Assembly (NCBI RefSeq): GCF_000150275.1
Contig: NW_002060943.1
Coordinates: 12,028,878-12,092,877 of the forward strand
From: Trichoplax adhaerens
Lineage: Eukaryota > Animalia > Placozoa
DNA: 64,000 nt
Direction of reading: 5' to 3'
Position 1 is the first letter of the stretch, and each line of letters begins with the position of its first letter. Positions 55,106 to 64,000 of the stretch are shown piece by piece. The translations under genes were made by a program, and so were the position numbers. The notes under the pieces were generated by a model. That model was given only the letters and a program-made list of their open reading frames with translations, was not told the origin of the DNA and ran no database searches.

Positions 55106-56509
55106 CTATATCATGGCATTACCGATGTCTTGATTTTCTTGGCTAGTATCATCGAGACCGTCATCACTGATTGCGTTGGGCCTTGGGGATATATTAATAT
55201 TTGCTTCATTTTTTCGGAAAAACTTTTTAAAGACTTTAGTACCCTTTCTATTCGATTTTTTGATGTTTTCGTAAGCAGATTGCAGATCACGGCGTGCTAA
55301 TTCAATATTGCTAAAGGTTCCAGAAACGCTTGCATGATTATCGCCAAATAATGGCAAATTAATGTTTAATGATCTTTCAAACATACAAACGGCCTCATCG
55401 TACCGACCTTGTTTATGATAGATAAGTCCTACATTGTTATATGATGTAGCAACTTCAGGATGATTATCACCAAAGATCGATAATCGAATTTTAAGGGCTT
55501 GATCTAACATAGAAAGAGCCTCACCAAATTTGTTTTGATTGCAGTATACGACTCCTATGTTGTTATATGATTGAGCAACATCAGAATGGCAATTGCCAAG
55601 GACCATAGATCGAATTCTTAGTGAGTTATCGTACATGCAAAGAGCCTTTCCATAATTGCCTTGGCAGCAGTATACACTTCCAATATTGTTATAAATGGTA
55701 GCTATATCCGGGTGATGATCACCAAGCATCGATAGCTGAATATTGAGTGATTTATCATATAGTAAAAGTGCCTCATCAAGTTTACCTTGGTTCTTATAAA
55801 CGCTTGCCAAGTTATTGTATGTTGTAGCGACATGGGGATGGTTTTCACCTACGGCAGATATTCGAATTTTCAGAGATTTATCATACATAGAAAGGGCCTT
55901 GTTGTATTTGCCTTGTTTTTTATAAATACTTCCTATGTTATTGTATAATGTAGCAGTATCAGAATGATTATCACCAAGGCTTGAAGAGTAAATTTTAAGT
56001 GATTTCTCGTAAGCAGATAGAGCGGCAACAAATTTGCCTTGGCTTTCGTAAACGATTCCGATTTGATTATATGAGTGAGCAATATGTAAACTATTGCTCT
56101 CCAGCCATTTCAGTTTTATTTCCAACGATTTTTTATAGTCATCTAAAGCACCATTTAAATCGGCCTGCAATCTTTTGATGTTACCTTGTCTATCAAGACA
56201 TCGTGCTTTATTGACTTTCTTCTGTGATGTATTAGCCAGTTGTAGTCCCATCTGGCTGAATTCGTTTGCTTTGACCCATTCACGCTGGCGTACATAAATA
56301 TCACAGATATTGAGATTAACATCGTATCGAATTCGATCTATATCATTTTCATTATTGGGCGTGGATTTTAGTTCATCGAGTACTTGTTTAAAACAAGAAA
56401 GGGCTTCTTGATGTCTGTATTCTTGCTTGTGTTTTTGGCCCATCTTGCATAAGGAGGTTACATGTTTTTGATTAATAGGCCTTGAAGTTTGATTACGATA
56501 AGCAAACAT
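55106..56509 (-). CDS. TPR-repeat protein (42-aa period, kinesin-light-chain/nephrocystin-3-like repeats); probably spliced at 55123
   Basis: 467-aa ORF with ~7 full units of consensus HPDxAxxYNNIGxVYxxQGKYxxALxMYDKSLxIRxSxLGDN. It shares the N-terminal cap of the 50301 and 63414 TPR exons. A phase-1 donor (atcg|gtaatg) lies 5 codons before the stop. Confidence 0.88.
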   Translation of the reverse strand: MFAYRNQTSRPINQKHVTSLCKMGQKHKQEYRHQEALSCFKQVLDELKSTPNNENDIDRIRYDVNLNICDIYVRQREWVKANEFSQMGLQLANTSQKKVNKARCLDRQGNIKRLQADLNGALDDYKKSLEIKLKWLESNSLHIAHSYNQIGIVYESQGKFVAALSAYEKSLKIYSSSLGDNHSDTATLYNNIGSIYKKQGKYNKALSMYDKSLKIRISAVGENHPHVATTYNNLASVYKNQGKLDEALLLYDKSLNIQLSMLGDHHPDIATIYNNIGSVYCCQGNYGKALCMYDNSLRIRSMVLGNCHSDVAQSYNNIGVVYCNQNKFGEALSMLDQALKIRLSIFGDNHPEVATSYNNVGLIYHKQGRYDEAVCMFERSLNINLPLFGDNHASVSGTFSNIELARRDLQSAYENIKKSNRKGTKVFKKFFRKNEANINISPRPNAISDDGLDDTSQENQDIGNAMI

Positions 56510-59500
56510 TTTTCATTTAAAAGGCAGGATACGTAGTTTAAACAACTTACGATTAATCTAATCTATTATCTGGTATGGATATTAGAATTAAGAATGATAT
56601 TAAATTGTTTAATAGTATACGAGATTACTTCAATTTACCAATTAGAAATTAGAGATTAACCGATGATCTCATATTAGATAGTACTAGTATTGAGTTGAGA
56701 AATTATTTGGTATCTACGTAAAATAATGGTTTATAAATAATAACGGATCTATCGGTAATGTGGATAATTTTTACATAGTATAAATGAATTTTTTCTATAA
56801 AGAAGGCATTGTCGCAGTCTATCATTACTTTACTTTCAAAGTAAATGAATTAAACATTAGACTAAAGAGATTCATCCTACTCATTCAAAATATTACAAAG
56901 CAATCTATTATTACGGCAATATTTTAAATTCATTGCCTTGAGCTAATCGTTTGTATTTTCTATATAGTAATAACAAATGCGTTAGTTAGACGCCAGCACC
57001 CCTACTATGTGCAAGACAGTAGTCTCTTGAACATGATGAATTTTTAATAATGAGAGACACAATACAATATATCAATGAATTTAAATAGCAGCATGCTCAA
57101 TTTATGTAGATGTTCGAATAATGTCGATGCAAAAACGTTATAAATACACGATATATTAAAATACTTCAATCAGTAAATGCAGGTGTAAGATGGTTTAGAA
57201 AAGTATTCATTCGAATTGACTGCCATCTTATTGCTATTAGGATATTCCGAATAGTAATCACTAATTTGCATTATCTATGATCATGATATCATCAATATTA
57301 TTCATGGGTAAGTTAAAGTAATTTAAGGAAATACATTTAAGAACAAATAAGATATAGTGGTTATGTTGCGGTATTACATAACATCATAAGTTAAACAAGT
57401 CACAAGATTATGTTTTTAATTTAGCAGTTTTCAACTTTTGTGTGTAAAAGTATTAAGCCAATAGCAATATAATCCTTCAATACCCCTGATTCGAGCAATT
57501 TTTACGTCTATTTATATGAGATTTTATAGCAAGGTAAAGTGGATTATATCACTAGTATAGTTAAGTTCAAGTATGTCTGTGTAATCAAGTAAATGACTTA
57601 GTATTGAGCATCATTTAATATTTATTATGCAATATATCTAAATAAATCCGATATAGCTTTGATAAGAAATATTGTAAAAATAGGGTTTGCCTAAAAAATA
57701 AAGCACCCAAAAATAGAAGCGGTGAGTAAATGATAAAACCTATAATAGATTTGGCTCCTTATAATAGAATACTAGCATAGAATTTAGAATTTAATAATTT
57801 ATAGTTAATTTTTCAGAGCTGTCTTAAAGTTCATATGCTTCACGACTCAGAAATCACGAATTAGAAACCATTATCCAACTATGCAAAAATACTTGGAAAT
57901 AGTGATTGATTTTAATTAATATTCGATCTGATCAACAGCATAAATGTTATCATAAGTAGATTCATGATATAATTGCAAATGAAATGCCATAATAAAAGTT
58001 CTTAGATAGTAAAACTGTGACGAAGTTCGTTGACGAGAAAATAAAAATTTTTTCTCCGATTTGGTGCCATTTACACAAATATATTAAATTTAAATTTGCT
58101 TCTTGATTTATTACTACCATGAAAAGTTTAGAAAATACTTAATTCCTATCTGTTGTACTTATAAGAATAATAATGTCAGTATAGAAAAATGATGTTAATT
58201 AGAATTCCAGTGACACAAGTTCTAGTATATAGTCTTAGCAAATAGTAAATAATAGATATCAAATTTCCTCTTTATATTTCAATCATTCCCAAAAAAGTAA
58301 GTTATTTCCTTTTGCTGATTATTGCTTTTTAGCTGCCTTTCTTTCGATTCAATCGGCACTGGCAATGTTTTTCACTGCAGTCATCAATTGAATTGCTATA
58401 ATCAGTTGCCTTAAGGTGCATATAGGAAGGGAGGTCCACGCAACTAATTTCCACAAACCAATAGAAGTGCTACTGTAGTGCACTAGAAAGAAATGAATTA
58501 CAACACCGCATATAAGTGGCGCAATCAATCATTCTAATTAAAATAGAGTACCTAGTTAATAAAATTTTATGCAATATCAAAATAGTATTTGTTTTATACA
58601 CAGTTTCACAAATAGTCTGTGAAAGATTGTACGAGTGTATTAGCTCACTAAATTATTTTGTTTAACTAGAATCACAGATAGCAAGAATATATCAGATATT
58701 TACGTATTTACTTTTAATGTAAATATTTTCATGAAATGCTTCACCTAAAGGACCTTGATCAAAATACAGCAAATACAGCATTACAAAAAATAGTCATTGC
58801 CGGCACACATTAAGGAAAGGAATGGCTAATGGTAAAATTACAATTTAGTATATAGAGATGCAAATTTAAAATTATCGCGATTTTCCTAAAACCTACCGCA
58901 GATGTGTAATAAAGTCTTAATATGGCATTAGTGGCTAAATTCATATTCTTATTAAACTCTATAATTTAGGCAACGTAGAGCTGTAATACCTAGTCAACCC
59001 CTCGGTTTATTTCGTGATGATGACATGCAACAAATTATCTCTGACGGCTAATGTAGAATCATTCATTCAGGTAGAAAATACGCACAACCTATTGATTTTT
59101 AATCTTTTTTTATTACGGCTACCTACCGATTAAATTTGGCACTAATAAGAATATACTTTCCTCCGCGGTAATCTTAGATATGGATTAGTACTACCAAGAA
59201 CTTTACCCGAAGTTGGTTTAATGTTTTACCATTGATTGATCAGTTTTGTAATATTGGATAGAACAACTTCTCTTTTATGAGTTATGCAACACCAATGCAA
59301 CCGCTTACGTATATAAACAAATCGAATTCCCAGGGGTTTATTGCCCTTATACGTGTATAATCGTAAGAAAACGTTAATCAATTTCAGATGTTTCAGAATG
59401 TTTCCTAGAATGATTATGCATCGTTGTGAGAATCAATGATGTAAGATCGCGTCGTTTTGCACACACTACTGATACATGTTGTGATAAAATAGTATTAAGG

Positions 59501-59520
59501 TTAGAGCTGATTTATCTTAC

Positions 59521-59817
59521 TACCACAGCTACCCTTGCGACACAAGAAAACAACACAGTACTTATAATAACTTTACTTTAGTTCGCAGGACTACTTTCCT
59601 AGCCTACGGTGTAGTAACTGGAATCATCGCGAAGTACTAACTCGCTCAATACAATATACGATATAAAACTATCACCCAACTTAGCCTTAACCTGAATCAC
59701 TTTTTTTTACTAACAATAACAATTCCTAAAGTAGTGGTTCATACTTCTAAAAAGTTCAAAACAGAATGTTATCATAAACTACACATCCATATCTAGGTTA
59801 TTTTGATGGCCGTGACA
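59521..59817 (+). repeat. Interspersed repeat, copy 3, with ~240-bp internal deletion
   Basis: Matches 22861-23045, then jumps at ~59700 to match 23293-23403. Confidence 0.85.
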
Positions 59818-60379
59818 CTTACTAATAGCCTGAATTCCATATTAATTCCCTTAAAAAAGCTCTTGCTATAAATTGTAATATTACATGCACATTAATTGCA
59901 GGCTTAAATGATCATTTTAAAGCTCCTGCAGCGTGATGATACGGCATGAAATAATAGATAACGTGAAACTGTATGCAATCCCATTGACGACGTACTTTGT
60001 AGTAAGCAGTATAAAAGTTGTTCTAGTTAACATAAAAACTATGAGAATGCAATTATTTTAGCTAGAAAATAGACACAATATGATTGTCACAAACTTATGT
60101 TGCGATCTACTACACTAAACTAATAGGTTACTTATGCCTTGCTCCACTACTCCTGGAGTTCTACTGTATGGTAGTTCTATACTATTTACGGTCACATAGG
60201 GATAAGACTGTTCTACAAGATTAGTATAGTTTTTATTAATAGAGTAGCCGAGTACCTTCTCGTACACGATCTAATAAAGAAATCGGGAACTGAGCATTCG
60301 CTCGTCCTTTTATACCCTTCCATTAAATTTGTGGTGCGCACATAGTAACTTGACAATATAAGATTTACATGATTTGTAC

Positions 60380-60610
60380 AGCATTCATCAGGACAACAGT
60401 CAAAAAAGCATTAGATTGAATAACATACTAAAAAGAAACAACTTAGTCCGAAATACGGTAATTTTACTTAGATTATTGGGCTTTAGCCGGGCATTATGCA
60501 TAATGGCAGATATTGGGTTTTGGCTATAACCGTTGTACTGTCAATATGGCTATAAGTGGTCAATCGGTAATGCAAATAAGAAGAAAGAAAATGCTTCATT
60601 TTTTGTTGTT
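60380..60610 (+). pseudogene. Highly degraded GPCR relic (ICL3 to ECL3/TM7 region)
   Basis: SGQQSKKH*IE*HTKKKQL aligns with PGRHLQRNWIEQQARKKRI, and TVNMAISGQSVMQIRRKKMLHFLL aligns with SVQMAISGQSLMQLRQQSIFLFLL, both from the 24358 GPCR. The DNA atggc.ataagtggtcaatc is shared. Confidence 0.7.
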
Positions 60611-61767
60611 CATCTACTTGCCGAAATTCCTTTTTTCCCAGTTACAGTTTAAAAATTTGGGTCTTTGGCTTGCGGGGTACGTGGTATCAATTGAGAAACT
60701 TTCATGCTGAGAGATCCTTGCTCTTTTCAATTGTAAGATTGAACGTGAAATTTGTTCAGTAAAGTTCGGGACTTTGGCAAATGTTCTTGGAAAAATTTTA
60801 CTTCAAACCGTGTTACAACAAAATAGCATTTCGAAGACAGTTTCTTAATCGCTACCGTACGATCCTAATATTGAAATATGTCATAATTCTAATTCTTTAT
60901 GAAAAGGGATAAGTACTTTTAAATAGCTAACAAGTGTTTTTTTTAAGAGAATATGGAAGGCATAAAGTCAAAGCTGAATGACTGAAGATAAATAAGTTAA
61001 TTGTTCATCATCATTATATTCGTATTCCGATCCATAATTATACTGTACAGTATTTGACGAGTCAGTATATTTAGCCGTTAATTGCTTAATGCTTTTACCA
61101 ATTAAACTCATCTTAAGATTAAAAAGTTACAGTTTATGTATTTCTGTAGCAATGATGATATGATTATCTTGTGCTTAATAGAGTCTAGTTGTTTGAGGAT
61201 AATCTTTAGGAACAACAATACTAAGCTATATAAATTGAATATGAAGAGACCCAATTGTCCATTTCTTTTTTTGTAAAGTCGTTCTTGATTCTAAGTCTAA
61301 AATTAGTCTAGGATTAATAAATTTGTGTAGCTATCACGGGATATGATTTTATCAAGAACAAATGTTGTACGTCTTCTTAGTTGGTTTCATTCTTGTAATA
61401 ATGCGGGATTTTGAAGGTTTAGCTGCCGTACTTTCCATTTCACTCGGTTCTATAGTTAACTTCCGGTCACTTCCACAAATTTGCATAAATTGATTATATC
61501 GCGGACAGAAACATCCAATCTTCAGAAGTAAGGTTTTGCTTTAGGGAAAGAATGTAAAGCATATCGTTCATAACTTTAAAAATTTTTTTTAATAACTGAT
61601 AAATAGCCTGATTAAGTAATTGATGCCCTACTTGTTAGTTTCGGCTGCATTTCGCTATTTTCGTTAAATCTATACTCTGTACGACAGTAGTTTTATAATT
61701 TATTGCTATCTGATATCTAATGGTGATTATTCTAGCACTATTACGATCCACGCTTACCTTTATGACT

Positions 61768-63414
61768 TTATTGACAGATATCATTATCAAGTCTAGGGCA
61801 AATGCTGTTATTGTCCGATGGTTTATTTATTTCCGTATCATTTCTTTTAAATAACCAAACTAGGTTGTTAAGCGCTCTTCTTGTTGTCGCTTTAGCCTGA
61901 CTATACCAAGATTGTTGAGCTAAACGTACATCATTGATGTAATTTTTCGTAAATATTGCATCGGATAGGCCATTGCTAATATGAGTAAGTGATACTTGAA
62001 TTGTCAGAGCATTCTCAAACATAGAAATGGCCTCATTATACAGACACTGATGATAGTAAACCAGTCCGATGTTATTGTACGCTTGTGCAATTTCGAGATG
62101 GTTATCGCCGAGGACTGATCGTTTAATTTGAAGTAGCTTTTTAAACACATCAACAGCTCGATCATACTGTCTTAAATTATATCGGATAATTCCAATCTTG
62201 TCGTATAGATTTGCGATATCAAGATGATAAAAATTAAGAACCATCAATCGGATGTTCAAAGCATCATGAAACATAGAAAGGGCCTTATTATTTTGACCTT
62301 GAGTAAGATATACATTTCCCATATGATAAAATGTATTTGCATCGTGAAGGTTCTCCAAACTATTAATTGACCAATGCCTGATACTGCTCGCTGTCTCATG
62401 GCTAGAAAGAGCCATATCATAATTTCCCAAATTACGGTAGACAATTCCAAGACAGTCATATGAATTAGCAACGTGAGGATTATAACAGTCAAGAGCCAGT
62501 GAGCGAATTTTAAGCGCTATTTTATGCATAGACAGAGCTTTGTTATACTTACCTTGATCATCATATACATTTCCCATTTTACTATATAAATAGGCGACAT
62601 CAGGATGGTCATTATCAAGAAATAATAACTTGGCATTAAGTGATTTTTCGTACATCGCTAGAGCTTCATCATATCTCTTTAATCTATAATAGATCTTACC
62701 AATGTTGATATAGATGAAAGATTGTTTAATATCCGGATAATTATCATCGAGTAGCAATAAATAGATTTCAAGCGACTTTTCAAACAATTCAAGAGCCTTA
62801 TCGTCTTTTCCTTGTGTCTTCTTGACTACGGCTAAGTTGTAATAAGATTGTGCAACATCCGTATGTTGATCATCAAGGATTGATAATCGAATTTGAAGAG
62901 ATTTATTATAGTTAGAGACAGCATCTTCATATCTACCTTGTTTGAAATTAACAAGTCCAATTTGATTGTATGAATGGCTAATATCGAACTTTAAATTTTC
63001 ACTTTCTGCCGATTTGATATTCAAACGTATGTCTAGCGATTCATTATAGCAACGGAATGCACCTCTTAGAGAACCTTTTAATAATAATATCTCACCTATT
63101 CTGTCTATACTTTGTGCTGTTTTGACATAATCTTGTAGTCTATTAGCCATTTCTTCTGCCTTATTACCAAATTCATAAGCCTTATCCCATTCCCCAGTTT
63201 TTATATAAATATCACAAATGTGAAGGTAAATATTAAATTTTAAACGATTAATATCCGCTGAATAATAAGCGATTAACTCGGCTTCATAGAGAGCCTGCAC
63301 ATAATAGCGTAGTGCTTCCTTGAAATTGCAAAGCTTGTCGTGATGTTGTCCTGATTCATACTGGGATTGTATTTGTTGAGGAATAATCGGCTTGACGGAA
63401 TTATTGATATCCAT
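61768..63414 (-). CDS. TPR-repeat protein (42-aa period)
   Basis: The ORF track starts at TTG 63483; the first ATG is at 63414 (MDINNSVKP), which aligns with the starts of the paralogs. It has ~9 TPR units. The stop is followed 10 nt later by a consensus donor aaag|gtaagc. Confidence 0.88.
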   Translation of the reverse strand: MDINNSVKPIIPQQIQSQYESGQHHDKLCNFKEALRYYVQALYEAELIAYYSADINRLKFNIYLHICDIYIKTGEWDKAYEFGNKAEEMANRLQDYVKTAQSIDRIGEILLLKGSLRGAFRCYNESLDIRLNIKSAESENLKFDISHSYNQIGLVNFKQGRYEDAVSNYNKSLQIRLSILDDQHTDVAQSYYNLAVVKKTQGKDDKALELFEKSLEIYLLLLDDNYPDIKQSFIYINIGKIYYRLKRYDEALAMYEKSLNAKLLFLDNDHPDVAYLYSKMGNVYDDQGKYNKALSMHKIALKIRSLALDCYNPHVANSYDCLGIVYRNLGNYDMALSSHETASSIRHWSINSLENLHDANTFYHMGNVYLTQGQNNKALSMFHDALNIRLMVLNFYHLDIANLYDKIGIIRYNLRQYDRAVDVFKKLLQIKRSVLGDNHLEIAQAYNNIGLVYYHQCLYNEAISMFENALTIQVSLTHISNGLSDAIFTKNYINDVRLAQQSWYSQAKATTRRALNNLVWLFKRNDTEINKPSDNNSICPRLDNDICQ

Positions 63415-64000
63415 TTTTTTTCTAAAATAGCTGCTATCAGTCGATGATTTGCTGGACCACTTGCTCTTAGAAAGCAAATTCAAATTTCATGTCGGAAAAA
63501 TTACTTGTAATAATGGGACGGCGAAATTATGACGTCTTCTATCAAAATCATTTCTACAGCTTCAGCTTTGATTAACGATTTAGATATGACTACGTGATTT
63601 TATAATTTGATATTTACATTATTCAATGCGATATTAGCTTTTTGTCTTTTTGCTGTACAAGAAAAAGTTCAATTTTTAAATCGAGAAATTCATTAGATTA
63701 CACTCTCTGCTACCTTTTGAAATTTGTAACTTATTTCACAAGTACCGTATTCATTATATCGATGATGTATTTCTTGTGTGCCATCCTTTATACCGAACTA
63801 AATAGTATTGTAACTTGTGAATAACAACTTTTATTCTATTCAATATTTTTGTCATAGACATAAGTCTGTAAAAATTATCATTTCTCTTTTCCTAGTAAAG
63901 GCTACATTTTTCTTTGATAGTTGATATACGGTAGTTGATGATTTATCACCTTTGACATCAATCTACATTATTACGTGCCTTTTCAAACACGACGATCATA

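Noticed and set aside
62256-62492. Overlapping alternative-frame ORF inside the TPR gene
   Set aside because: A by-product of repeat codon structure, with no independent support.
55106-63414. Assigning KLC or NPHP3 gene symbols to the TPR proteins
   Set aside because: Only the repeat type is shared; there is no KLC heptad region and no NPHP3 NTPase domain.

Overview
AT-rich, intron-containing eukaryotic (animal) genomic DNA. The short introns, intronless orphan class-A GPCRs, 42-aa-periodic TPR genes and a TPR-Roc-COR gene suggest a placozoan (Trichoplax-like) genome; this is an inference, not a database match. The window has two parts. (1) 2.3-14.4 kb is a compact housekeeping block whose exons I spliced by hand: GRHPR (+, 13 exons), MAD2L1BP/p31comet (-, single coding exon), NAA30 (+, 4 exons) and ACADSB (-, 11 exons). 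(2) 16-64 kb is a gene birth-and-death zone. It holds a dead duplicate of ACADSB exon 1 plus its upstream DNA, two intact GPCRs, one GPCR pseudogene and one GPCR relic. It also holds a TPR pseudogene, three large TPR exons on the minus strand, local duplications and a ~540-bp interspersed repeat in three copies. The main result is a 5-exon gene at 50301-44302 that joins two separate ORFs of the track and an unlisted exon into a ~1387-aa TPR-Roc-COR-(Zn ribbon)-CARD-like protein, with all four introns in phase 1. The two upstream TPR exons also end at phase-1 splice donors. The locus may therefore be a variable TPR sensor / constant Roc-COR-CARD cassette, or a series of truncated paralogs. All exon coordinates come from manual reading and need RNA confirmation.
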